From contig CAWGRW010000009.1 of assembly GCA_963825135.1 (NCBI GenBank), positions 640,001 through 704,000 on the forward strand: a stretch of DNA of 64,000 bases, read 5' to 3'. Shown piece after piece: positions 30,040 through 39,725 of this stretch. The translations under genes were made by a program, and so were the position numbers. The notes beneath the pieces were generated by a model. That model did not search any database. It was not told where the DNA came from and saw only the letters and a program-made list of their open reading frames with translations. How positions within the stretch are numbered: the stretch's first letter is position 1; every line of letters starts with the position of its first letter. The stretch is from an uncultured bacterium (GTDB lineage Bacteria > Desulfobacterota_D > UBA1144 > Nemesobacterales > UBA2774).

Positions 30040-30790
30040 TCACCCTCCCCCGTCCCTGAGCTGCCGGAGGTAGCGCACTCTGAGGAGCCGCCTCTGCCAG
30101 AGGCTTTCCTGCGGGTCGGGCTCGCCGGGCTTCTGCAGCTTAAACGCCTCCCTGTCGAACTCCCTCCGCTCCCGGGGCGTGAGCGCATGCATGTGATCGG
30201 CGGCTTCGAGCAGTGTAACTCTGTCATCGTAATCATCGACTGGAGGAGGCAGAGACGAAGAAGCGTGAGCTTCTTCAGGCGCGCGTATTTTCTTTTTGCG
30301 CGCTTCTTTATTTACTGTGTATTCATTCTCCGTGCTTCCTTTAACTGTGTATTCCTTAGGGTTCATATTTTGAACACCCGGGGGTTCATTATCTGAACAG
30401 GGGTGTTCATATTCTGAACGGGTGGGTGACGAATCCTTCACCCTCCCGCGCGTATCTGACTTTCGCTTCTTCGATAATCCGACAGAGATCCCTTGAGACG
30501 AAGTAGTTATGAGAGCGCCCCGGAACGGGCTCCCTGCGGATGAGGCCGGATTCCACAAGGCTGTTTATTGCCCTGAGTGCGGTGTTTTTCGACCCGAAGC
30601 CGCAGTCCCTGCATATCCTTTCGACCGAAGGGAAAGACCTCCCCGCCCTGTCGGCGCGCCTCATGAAGTAAATGAGGACGAGCTTCTCGTTCGCCGTGAG
30701 CGGCAGATCGAAAACCAGGTCGGGGACCTGAAAATATCCCCCGCTAAACTCAACCGGACCCTCTCCGGGCCCTCTACCGTACTTATTCAA
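30040..30790 (-). pseudogene. phage/plasmid-type HTH replication initiator-like gene; +1 frameshift near 30420-30470
   Basis: LTANEKLVLIYF...SFPSVERICRDCG...LRAINSLVESGLI winged HTH; spacer/C-terminal part continues in the next frame. Confidence 0.7.
30361..30419. repeat. three iteron-like palindromes GTTCA-N5-TGAAC
   Basis: At 30361-30375, 30384-30398 and 30405-30419. Confidence 0.8.
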
Positions 30791-30880
30791 AACAGAAACA
30801 AACCCCGGACGCTCCTCCCGCGCTCCGGGATTAAAACCCCCATCACTCCATATTCTCTCCGCTCCTTAACCCCGGAGGGC

Positions 30881-30950
30881 AAAAAAAAGACGGAGATATA
30901 CGTGCTGCTGCCCGTCAAAGTTCCGGGCCGAGTACGTATATTCCCGTCTT
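30881..30950 (-). terminator. long hairpin plus U-tract between tRNA-Cys and the rep-like gene
   Basis: AAGACGG..ATATACGT..GCCCG / CGGGC..ACGTATAT..CCGTCTT, followed by T8 on the minus strand. Confidence 0.6.
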
Positions 30951-31081
30951 AAAGACTCCGCTCCCGCGAAGGGAGGAGTAAGTGAATAATTTCAGCGCAT
31001 ACCGCAGAAAAAACCCCGCCTGAGTACCTATATATACTAGAGATTAACCCAACGGCCGGATTTGCACAAGATACGAATTTA

Positions 31082-31156
31082 TGGAGGCGGCGCCCGGATT
31101 CGAACCGGGGCGTTGCGGTTTTGCAGACCGCTGCCTTACCACTTGGCTACGCCGCC
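31082..31156 (-). tRNA. tRNA-Cys(GCA)
   Basis: GGCGGCG acceptor, GCGGT-CT-GCA-AA-ACCGC arm, GTTCGAA, encoded CCA. Confidence 0.96.
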
Positions 31157-31274
31157 TTTTATGCATCCACGACGGCCTGATTCCTACGAATAGACCGTCA
31201 TTTTCAGCAAGAAGCCCTAAATTATGAACGACATTTTAAGATTATCAAGCGAAAGGGCGTCCGGGCTCCGTGGA

Positions 31275-32067
31275 TCAGACACACATCTCCCCCTTGAATA
31301 CCGTCACCGCCTTGCCGACGAGCTTTACCCTGTCTCCCATCACGCGGACGCCTATAACTCCCCCGCGCAGGGACGCCTGGTACGCGAGGAATTCGGATTT
31401 GCCGAGCTTCTTCTCCCAATAGGGGCCGAGGCAGCAGTATGCGGAGCCCGTCGCGGGGTCTTCATCGATGCCAGACGCCGGGCCGAAGAAGCGGCATATG
31501 AAATCGTATTCTGGCAGGTCGGAAGCGGCCGTGACCATGACCCCCCTCACCGGGATAGTGCCGAGGAGCGCGAAGTCGGGCCTGAGCGCCCTCACCTCTT
31601 CTGCCGTCCCGGCCTCGACGAGATAATCGAACCTGTTTTTACCTATATATAAGGGCTTCACGCCGAGAGACTCGACCAGTGCCGGAGGAGCGTCCGCCTC
31701 CCGCTCCGGCTCGGACGGGAAGTCGAGCTCGATCATGTCTCCCCGCATTGCGGCGGTGAGCACGCCGCTCAGGGTCTGGAACTCGATCGCTTCGCCGCGT
31801 GAGACGCGCCCTGTTTCCCACAGTATATGCGCGCTCGCGAGCGTCGCGTGGCCGCAAAGCTCCACCTCGACCGTAGGGCGTGAACCAGCGAAGTTGTAAC
31901 CCCTTCTCATCCCTGTACAGAAAAGCTGTCTCGGAGACGTTCATATCCCGCGCAACGTTCTGCATCCACGCGGGCTCGGCCGGGCCGGGCATAATGCAAA
32001 CTGCCGCCGGGTTCCCGCCGAAAGGCTTCTCCGTAAACGCGTCAGCCTGATATATCTCTATTGCCAT
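31275..32067 (-). CDS. PhzF family isomerase; +1 frameshift near 31877 as given
   Basis: DAFTEKPFGGNPAAV...SETAF...RWFTP | TVEVELCGHATLA...EDPATGSA across two frames. Confidence 0.87.
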
Positions 32068-32290
32068 TATCGCTTCGCTCCTTCTTCAATCTCCGGCACC
32101 GGGACAGCATCCTTCGGCCGTTCCGGAGAATCTAAATATATATTGCGGGATTTCCCGTGACAATTTAAACTTATTACAGGATGCGTTCACATAAGGCACG
32201 GGGTGAAACGGGCAATTTGACATTTTTCCACGTTTCTTTATTGTTATACCGCGCTTTATTGAATTTATCCGTTGATTGAACAGTTTTACC

Positions 32291-32428
32291 GCCTGGATCC
32301 CCCCGGGGACCGGGACGGAGGAAGCGTTGAAAAGACAAGAGTGGGACGGAACTCAGGCCGTACCCGGCATAAATTGTGAATGAAACAAGCCAGTAGAGGA
32401 TTATTCCGTCCTCGATCTGGCTTTTTTT
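32291..32428 (+). promoter_or_regulatory. pan-motif-like leader with terminator/antiterminator upstream of panB
   Basis: GCCTG/CAGGC stem, two GGGACGGA repeats complementary to TTCCGTCC inside terminator AGCCAG..CTGGCT-T7. Confidence 0.65.
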
Positions 32429-32446
32429 GTTGGAAAGGCGGACCGA

Positions 32447-33247
32447 ATGAAAAAAATGACAGCCCCCGTAATACGCTCGATGAAGGCTGAGGGCCTGAAG
32501 ATAGTCATGGTGACGGCGTACGACGCGGCCACCGCCCGTATGGTAGACGAGGCGGGAGTGGACATAGTGCTCGTCGGGGACTCGCTCGGAAACGTGGTCC
32601 AGGGGCTCCCGAACACGCTCCCCGTGACTATCGAGGACATGATCTATCACACGAGGATAGTGTCGAGGGGGATAAGCCGCGCTCACCTCGCGGCCGATAT
32701 GCCGTTCATGTCGTACCAGGCGTCTAGAGAGGAGGCGCTCAGGAACGCCGGCAGGCTCGTCAAAGAGGCGGGCGCCGAATCGGTCAAGCTCGAAATAAAC
32801 GAAGACTACGTGGAAACCCTGTACTCGATAAATAAATCCGGCATCCCCGTTATGGGGCATATAGGGCTCTGCCCCCAGTCCGTCCTGGAGATGGGGGGAT
32901 ATAAGGTACAGGGGAGAGGGAGGCAAGAGGCGAGGAGGCTCATCGACCTCGCGAAAATGATAGAAGCCGCGGGGGCGTTTTCAATCGTCCTCGAGAGCAT
33001 ACCGAGGACGCTTGCCCGGGAAATTACGGACTCCATCAAAATTCCGACTATCGGCATCGGGGCCGGACCCGGCTGCGACGGCCAGGTGCTGGTCATCAAC
33101 GACCTCCTGGGACTCTCGCCCGAGCCTACGCCCAGGTTCGTGAAAAAATACGCGGAGCTCAGGGAGCTCGTGGGACAATCCACGAGGGAATTCATCGAAG
33201 AGGTCAGGTCCGGGCAATTCCCCGGACGGGAACATTCGTATGACTGA
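32447..33247 (+). CDS. panB: 3-methyl-2-oxobutanoate hydroxymethyltransferase
   Basis: TAYDA, LVGDSLG, ADMPFMSY, GHIGLCPQ, GIGAGPGCDGQVLV. Confidence 0.96.
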   Translation: MKKMTAPVIRSMKAEGLKIVMVTAYDAATARMVDEAGVDIVLVGDSLGNVVQGLPNTLPVTIEDMIYHTRIVSRGISRAHLAADMPFMSYQASREEALRNAGRLVKEAGAESVKLEINEDYVETLYSINKSGIPVMGHIGLCPQSVLEMGGYKVQGRGRQEARRLIDLAKMIEAAGAFSIVLESIPRTLAREITDSIKIPTIGIGAGPGCDGQVLVINDLLGLSPEPTPRFVKKYAELRELVGQSTREFIEEVRSGQFPGREHSYD

Positions 33248-34097
33248 AGAGACGAAGATCAGGGTCATAGACTCGATTAAAGAGATGCAGGATTTATCGA
33301 ACCTGCTTATAAAAGAGGGGAAGACCATCGCTTTCGTCCCGACCATGGGGGCGCTCCACGAGGGGCATTTAAGCCTCATGAAAGAGGGGAAAAAACACGG
33401 GGACGTGCTCGTCGCGAGCGTCTTTGTAAACCCGGCCCAGTTCGGACGGAACGAGGATTACGGCAGCTACGCGAGGGACAGGGAGGGGGACCTCGAAAAG
33501 ATGACCGCGGCGGGGGTCGATATAGCCTTCTTCCCCCGCACGGACGAGATCTATCCGCAAGGATACGAGACGTACGTCCAGGTGACGGAGCTCGAGAAGC
33601 CGCTCTGCGGGAGGTTCCGCCCCGGTCATTTCAGGGGAGTCGCGACAGTCGTGCTGAAGCTGTTCAATATAGTGAAGCCGCACGCCGCACTTTTCGGGGA
33701 AAAGGACTATCAGCAACTCCGGGTAATAAGAAAAATGGCCGGAGACCTGAACTTGGAAGTGAGCATCATAGGGATGCCCATCGTCAGGGAGGAAAGCGGC
33801 CTCGCCATGAGCTCGAGAAACGCGTACCTCTCCCCGGAAGAGAGAGAAAAAGCCGCATACCTTTCGCTTGCGCTCGGGGAAATAAAGAAGAGCTTCGACG
33901 GCGGGGAAAGAGACGCGTCGAGCCTCGTGAGAGAGGGGTACGGCGTGCTCGGGAGAGGGTCGGTCGGCGATGTGGATTACCTCGAAATCATGGACGGAGA
34001 AACGCTCCGGCATAAGGAGCTCGCGGCGGCGGGAGACGTGGCCGCGCTGGCGGTACGTATCGGGAAAACAAGGCTGATCGATAACACCGTGCTTTAA
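33240..34097 (+). CDS. panC: pantoate--beta-alanine ligase
   Basis: VPTMGALHEGH, RPGHFRGV, FGEKDYQQ, LAMSSRN, RLIDN. Confidence 0.96.
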   Translation: MTEETKIRVIDSIKEMQDLSNLLIKEGKTIAFVPTMGALHEGHLSLMKEGKKHGDVLVASVFVNPAQFGRNEDYGSYARDREGDLEKMTAAGVDIAFFPRTDEIYPQGYETYVQVTELEKPLCGRFRPGHFRGVATVVLKLFNIVKPHAALFGEKDYQQLRVIRKMAGDLNLEVSIIGMPIVREESGLAMSSRNAYLSPEEREKAAYLSLALGEIKKSFDGGERDASSLVREGYGVLGRGSVGDVDYLEIMDGETLRHKELAAAGDVAALAVRIGKTRLIDNTVL

Positions 34098-34125
34098 AGC
34101 ATATAAAACCAGAGGGGGAATTAAG

Positions 34126-34515
34126 ATGCACAGGACACTTCTTAAATCCAAAATACACCGCGTAACGGTGAGCGACGCAAACATCGAATACGAAGGGAGC
34201 ATCACGGTCGACAGGAACCTGATGGACGCCGCCGATTTTCATCACTACGAGCAGGTGCATATATTCAACGTGACCAACGGAAACAGATTCGTTACCTATG
34301 TAATCGAGGGCGAGCGCGGCTCGAACGAAATATGCGTTAACGGGGCGGCCGCACACCTGGCCAAAAAGGGGGACTGTCTCATAGTCGCGAGCTTTGCATC
34401 ATACAATGAGAGCGAATGCGAAGCCCACGTACCCAAGCTGGTATACGTGGACGGGAAGAACCAAATTACCAGAATCGGACCCGCGCAGAGCAAGTTGAAG
34501 GTCGCCGAGAGCTGA
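34126..34515 (+). CDS. panD: aspartate 1-decarboxylase
   Basis: KSKIHR, YEGSIT cleavage site, NGAAAH. Confidence 0.96.
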   Translation: MHRTLLKSKIHRVTVSDANIEYEGSITVDRNLMDAADFHHYEQVHIFNVTNGNRFVTYVIEGERGSNEICVNGAAAHLAKKGDCLIVASFASYNESECEAHVPKLVYVDGKNQITRIGPAQSKLKVAES

Positions 34516-34820
34516 ACGTCCTGAAACGCCCGACAACAGGGCATCGGCGCGCCGGGTTATCTCCTTATACGTATATAAATTTATTTTATTCGTAATTTTT
34601 ATTGCCGCATAAAGCGCTATTTGTACGAATTTTGTTAAATTCGGGAGCTTAACGGTACAAAATGCATCATAAATATTGACAGAAGTGATTCTGGAGGTTA
34701 TAAATGTTAAGCAGTATTAAAGGAGGAGAAAGGATACAGAATTCGTAATTCTGCGGATTCTTCTGTATTACTCCAACAAATATAACGTCATGCATATCCT
34801 TTTGAAGCGGAGAAAATATT

Positions 34821-35594
34821 ATGAAAGCTGTAATACTCGCAGCTGGTAGAGGTAAAAGGCTTTACCCTTATACTAAATATATACCGAAATGCCTACTCGA
34901 TATCGGCGGCGAGACTATTCTTGAGCACCAGATTAACCACCTGCGCGACTGCGGAATAGACGAAGTGGTAATCGTAGTCGGGTTCGGTTTCGAAAAAGTT
35001 GAAAATTTCCTGAGAAACTATGACGGGCTCGGGATGAGGATCAAAACACTCTATAACCCCTTTTACCAGACAACCAACAGCCTTATATCGCTCTGGATCG
35101 CCAGGGGAGAGATGGACGACGATATCGTCGTAATGAACGGGGACGACGTGTTCGAGATAGAAGTGCTCGAGCAGGCCCTCAGGATGAGGGACGAGAAAAT
35201 CTGTCTCCCCATAAAAAGGAAGTCGAGCTACGAAGACGAAGACATGAAAGTCGTGATCAAGGAAACCAAAATCGTCGACATAAGTAAAACACTGACGAAC
35301 AGGGCTTCGGCCGAATCCGTCGGCGTAAGGGTTTTCAGGGACACCGGCGTAGAGCTCATGAAACGGGCGATAGAAGAAGAAATGAGGACCGTCGGGGCTG
35401 AAAACAAATGGTACATATCGGCCATCCACAGGCTGATAAAGAAGGGATACAAAGTAAAATCGCTCGATATAAACGATCTCTTCTGGATGGACGTGGACTA
35501 TCCCAGCGATCTTTTTAAGGCAAGATTCAATTCGAATAAATTCATAAAGAAATCTTATCAGGAAAGGGTCCTAAGAGTTGTAGAAACAAGCTGA
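34821..35594 (+). CDS. nucleotidyltransferase (LicC/IPCT-like cytidylyltransferase)
   Basis: AVILAAGRGKRL...PKCLL, NGDD, WMDVDYPSDL. Confidence 0.8.
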   Translation: MKAVILAAGRGKRLYPYTKYIPKCLLDIGGETILEHQINHLRDCGIDEVVIVVGFGFEKVENFLRNYDGLGMRIKTLYNPFYQTTNSLISLWIARGEMDDDIVVMNGDDVFEIEVLEQALRMRDEKICLPIKRKSSYEDEDMKVVIKETKIVDISKTLTNRASAESVGVRVFRDTGVELMKRAIEEEMRTVGAENKWYISAIHRLIKKGYKVKSLDINDLFWMDVDYPSDLFKARFNSNKFIKKSYQERVLRVVETS

Positions 35595-35598
35595 GAAA

Positions 35599-36921
35599 AT
35601 GGACCATGCAATAGTTGTTGCCGCCGGCACGGGTGTAGAAGAAGAAAGCCTGAGCGCTCACGGAAAGACCGTATTCGGTTCCCTTCCACAAATCAAACGT
35701 CTCGTCATCACCGCCCAAAGAGCCGGCATTAAAAAATTCACGATAGTCACGGAAAAGGGAGACTCTTCTTTAAAGGATCTCCTGTCCGGCGATAAACGCA
35801 TAGAGAGCGATATAAGCTGGCATCCCCTGGGGTCGGAGGTAAGCCTCGGCTCCGATCTCTCCCTGATCATTCAATCCAACCTGATAACGACCCCGCGCGG
35901 GCTCTCTAATTTCATGGAGCACGAATGCGCCCCGGACGAGATAGCGGTGCTTGTGGACTCCGAGGACGACGCCTGGATCAAATCGGGCGGCGATGAAGTC
36001 TCGGACGTCTTTTCAGGCGGAGGAAAGGCCGTAGGCGCCTTCATGGCGTCAGGCAGGCTGCTCGAGAAATCGATCATGGATTCGATGTCGATGAGATCGT
36101 TCGTCCAGGAGCACATAGGGAGAGACAAAGTCAAGCTCAGGAAGTTCTCGGACTCATACTGGATGCGTCTCGATTCGGACAGAAACAACGCCGAGAGGGC
36201 CGAGGACCTGATATTCGCGCACGTCGGCAAGACCGCGACAGGCTGGCTGTCGAGAAACATCAACAGCAAGATATCCCTGCCGACGAGCAGGCTCCTGGTC
36301 AGGACGCCCCTCACCCCGAATATGATCAGCGTGCTCATCAACGTAATCGGAATGCTGTGCGGGGTGTTCTACGCAATAGGTCATCCGGTGTGGGGCGCGC
36401 TCTTCATGCAGGCGGCTACGATTCTCGACCGCTGCGACGGGGAGGTCGCCCGCGTAAAGCTGATGGAGACGCACAAAGGACAATGGGTCGATACGATTTC
36501 CGACCAGGTAACGGTCCTGTCTTTTATATTGGGCGTCCCGATCGGGTATTACGTCGTTTCAAAGAGCCCGCTCGCAATAATATTGGGCGCAATAAACCTG
36601 TCCATTTTCATATTTTTCGTAGTCTGGTCGTTCTACTTCCTCAAGAAATATACGAATTCGGGAAGCCTTGTAACTTACTTCGATGTCGATAAACTAGTTG
36701 AGGGGCAGAAACTGTCGCTCGCGCGAAGGTTCATCACGCTGATCCGGCCCATGGGCAGAAGGAATTTCTATTCCCTCGCATTCCTGGTGCTTGCGATCGT
36801 CGGGGGATACCCTTGGGTACTCGGCATCCTGACTGCAGCATTGGTTGCGTTTCTGATTCATCAGATTGAAGATATGATAAAATTACGGAGAGTCGATCCG
36901 AAAAGCAGTATCTTAAAATAA
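35599..36921 (+). CDS. CDP-alcohol phosphatidyltransferase with degenerate N-terminal NTP-transferase domain
   Basis: TPNMIS, DRCDGEVAR...GQWVDTISD motif, C-terminal TM helices. Confidence 0.85.
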   Translation: MDHAIVVAAGTGVEEESLSAHGKTVFGSLPQIKRLVITAQRAGIKKFTIVTEKGDSSLKDLLSGDKRIESDISWHPLGSEVSLGSDLSLIIQSNLITTPRGLSNFMEHECAPDEIAVLVDSEDDAWIKSGGDEVSDVFSGGGKAVGAFMASGRLLEKSIMDSMSMRSFVQEHIGRDKVKLRKFSDSYWMRLDSDRNNAERAEDLIFAHVGKTATGWLSRNINSKISLPTSRLLVRTPLTPNMISVLINVIGMLCGVFYAIGHPVWGALFMQAATILDRCDGEVARVKLMETHKGQWVDTISDQVTVLSFILGVPIGYYVVSKSPLAIILGAINLSIFIFFVVWSFYFLKKYTNSGSLVTYFDVDKLVEGQKLSLARRFITLIRPMGRRNFYSLAFLVLAIVGGYPWVLGILTAALVAFLIHQIEDMIKLRRVDPKSSILK

Positions 36922-36944
36922 TATCGTGCAGGAAGGGAATTAAC

Positions 36945-37742
36945 ATGGCAGATCCAGCTCAAAAAGATACGAAAGAAACCGGACAGAGCGGAAACGGCAG
37001 TAAGTTTCAGGCGGATTACGAAGTGAAGGAGTACATGCCGGGGCTTATGACGCTGGTCATCAAGTTCGTGGAAAAAACGAACGTCCTGTTCGCAAAACAC
37101 GGGAACCCCTCGATTTACGACAAGAAGACCTTCCCCTGGGTCGCCGAGGTCGAAAAGGAATGGAAGAAAATAAGAGCCGAGCTCGACAAGGTGATGGAAA
37201 GAAAGGAGGACCTCCCCAGTTTTCACGAAATTATGCCGGAGGTAAAAACGATAACTACGGATAACCTCTGGAAAACGTTCTTCCTCGCCGGATACGGGCT
37301 CGAGAGCGACGAGAATGCGAACAGGTGTCCCGAAACGACCCGCATCATAAAAAAGATACCGGGGATGAAAACCGCGTTTTATTCCATCCTCGCCCCGAAG
37401 AAACACATCCCGGCTCACAAGGGGCCCTATAACGGAGTCCTGCGTTATCACCTGGGCCTGATAGTGCCCGAGCCCAAAGAGAAGTGCCGCATCCGGATCG
37501 TGGATAAAGTGACCCACTGGGACGAGGGCGACAGCATCATATTCGACGATACGTTCGAGCACGAGGTCTGGAACGACACTAGCGGCTTCAGGGCCGTGCT
37601 GTTCGTCGACTTCGTCCGTCCCGTGAGATTTCCCTTTAACATGTTAAACGAATTCCTTATTAACGCCGCGTCGTTCGCCCCGCTGATAAAGGAAGCGGAA
37701 GTCCGGCATAAAGACTGGGAAAAGAAATTTTATAAGCAGTAA
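36945..37742 (+). CDS. aspartyl/asparaginyl beta-hydroxylase family (LpxO-like) dioxygenase
   Basis: IPAHKGPYNGVLRYHLGL, FDDTFEHEVWN...RAVLFVD. Confidence 0.85.
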   Translation: MADPAQKDTKETGQSGNGSKFQADYEVKEYMPGLMTLVIKFVEKTNVLFAKHGNPSIYDKKTFPWVAEVEKEWKKIRAELDKVMERKEDLPSFHEIMPEVKTITTDNLWKTFFLAGYGLESDENANRCPETTRIIKKIPGMKTAFYSILAPKKHIPAHKGPYNGVLRYHLGLIVPEPKEKCRIRIVDKVTHWDEGDSIIFDDTFEHEVWNDTSGFRAVLFVDFVRPVRFPFNMLNEFLINAASFAPLIKEAEVRHKDWEKKFYKQ

Positions 37743-38138
37743 CGCCCGCAAGAAACCCCCGGTGGAGTTGGTAATCAATATCGCTCGCGAAAACACCCGA
37801 CCGCTCAACGCGTATGAGGAATTCGCCTCGCATCGATTGGCGCCGCATCCGCCGAAATGCCGGGCAATCCGAATCCATACTCTATTCCCGGATTCGGGAA
37901 TCGGCTCAGACGGCGCGCTCTGAAACCGCAGAGAATTCACTCTTGACAAACCGGTTAATGTACTTATCTTAATAGACCTTCGATTTGATATCGAGGATTG
38001 GACCGAAAGCATTTTTGACATGAACCCGGCGGCAGGGCTTTTTCAAGCGGAGACCGAAAGCCGTTCTGATTATTGATGAGATTACAGGCGGTTAAGTAAT
38101 CCACTAGTGAATAATGAATAAGGAGACCCCTTATCACC

Positions 38139-38537
38139 ATGGCCAAGACCACAAAAAAAGCACCCCCGAAGAAGAAGGTAACGAAAAAACCGAAGAAGGA
38201 CTGGCGGGACGGCATAAAAAAGATGCTCCTGCAAATGAGGAAGGAGCTTCTTCTGGAAGTCACTCAGACTATGAGAGCGGAATCCGACCACCTGAAATTC
38301 GACATAGGGGATTTCTACGACCACGCCTCGACGGACAGGGACAGGGAGCTTGCTCTTATGCTCGCCGACAGGGAGCGGGAGAAGCTCACTCATGTCGATG
38401 ACGCGCTAAAGAGGATAGAGACGGGAACCTACGGCATATGCGAGTCGTGCGAAGAGGAAATCGACAAGGAAAGGCTCGCTGCCATGCCGTTTACGAAACT
38501 ATGCCTTTCCTGCCAGGAAGACCTGGAAAGGCAGTAG
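38139..38537 (+). CDS. TraR/DksA family regulator
   Basis: DFYDHA tip, YGICESC...CLSCQ zinc finger. Confidence 0.88.
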   Translation: MAKTTKKAPPKKKVTKKPKKDWRDGIKKMLLQMRKELLLEVTQTMRAESDHLKFDIGDFYDHASTDRDRELALMLADREREKLTHVDDALKRIETGTYGICESCEEEIDKERLAAMPFTKLCLSCQEDLERQ

Positions 38538-38623
38538 AGCCGTCTAAAACCATATTACATCTTGCGAGGAATTTCCAGGCGCCGGTTTTTGTAATGATAT
38601 GCAGAGCCATAATACGTCGCGGG

Positions 38624-39661
38624 CTAATGCTTATCGACAACCTCGCTAAGGACCGCAAAAGGTTTTTCAACGACGCCCTTCTCGGTAATGATCGCGCTTA
38701 TGTTCTCGTTCGGAGTGATGTCGAACGCGGGATTGAAGACGTTCACCCGGGCCGCTATCCTCGTCCCGTTTATGTGCGTGACCTCCCGGGAATCCCTCTC
38801 CTCTATCGGGATCGAATCCCCGTCCGGACAATCGAAATCAATCGTCGACAACGGGGCCGCGACGTAAAACGGGATATTATGCGTCTTGGCCAGAACGGAT
38901 ATGGTGTAAGTCCCTATCTTATTGGCGACGTCCCCGTTCGCGGCGATCCTGTCGGCCCCAACGACAACCGCGTTCACCATATCCTTACTCATTACGTACC
39001 CGGCCATGTTATCGGTGATTATAGTTACGGGGATGCCGTCCCTGTCGAGCTCCCACGCCGTGAGCCGGGCGCCCTGAAGAAAGGGCCTCGTCTCGGTCGC
39101 GATGACCTTTATATTTTTCCCGCCTTCCACGGCCGCCCTTATCACCCCGAGCGCGGTCCCGTAACCACCGGTGGCCAGCGCGCCGGCGTTGCAGTGCGTC
39201 ATGATCACGGAGTTATCTTTTATAAGCCCGGCCCCGGCTTTCCCGATATTCCTGCAGGTCTCGACGTCCTCTTCGAGAATATCCCGGGCTTCCCTGACGA
39301 GAGTCAGCTTTAATTTCTCGACGCCCCCCTCCCCTTCTTCGAGCACCCTGAGCATCCTCTTCACGGCCCACGACAGATTGACCGCGGTGGGTCTCGTTCC
39401 GAGAATTACCCCGGAGATCCTCTTTACTTCGGATATGAATTCGGCCCTGTCGCTAGTCGGGACATTGACCGCTCCGAGAGCTATGCCCATGCCGGCCGCG
39501 ACCCCGATCGCGGGAGCTCCCCGGATGACCATGCGTTTTATCGCGTCGGCCACGTCCCCGTATGTCTTGCATTCGACGTACGTCTCCTCTCCGGGCAGCC
39601 TGGTCTGGTCTATCATCACGACTCTGTCATCTTTCCACTCTATCGTATTAAAAGAAGCCAT
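38624..39661 (-). CDS. mtnA: S-methyl-5-thioribose-1-phosphate isomerase
   Basis: [50 protein letters not shown]. Confidence 0.95.
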   Translation of the reverse strand: MASFNTIEWKDDRVVMIDQTRLPGEETYVECKTYGDVADAIKRMVIRGAPAIGVAAGMGIALGAVNVPTSDRAEFISEVKRISGVILGTRPTAVNLSWAVKRMLRVLEEGEGGVEKLKLTLVREARDILEEDVETCRNIGKAGAGLIKDNSVIMTHCNAGALATGGYGTALGVIRAAVEGGKNIKVIATETRPFLQGARLTAWELDRDGIPVTIITDNMAGYVMSKDMVNAVVVGADRIAANGDVANKIGTYTISVLAKTHNIPFYVAAPLSTIDFDCPDGDSIPIEERDSREVTHINGTRIAARVNVFNPAFDITPNENISAIITEKGVVEKPFAVLSEVVDKH

Positions 39662-39725
39662 ATAACCCGCCTGTCAACATCTGTGATGGTATCGCCAAAC
39701 AAATCTACGGGAGAGCGCGCGTGCG

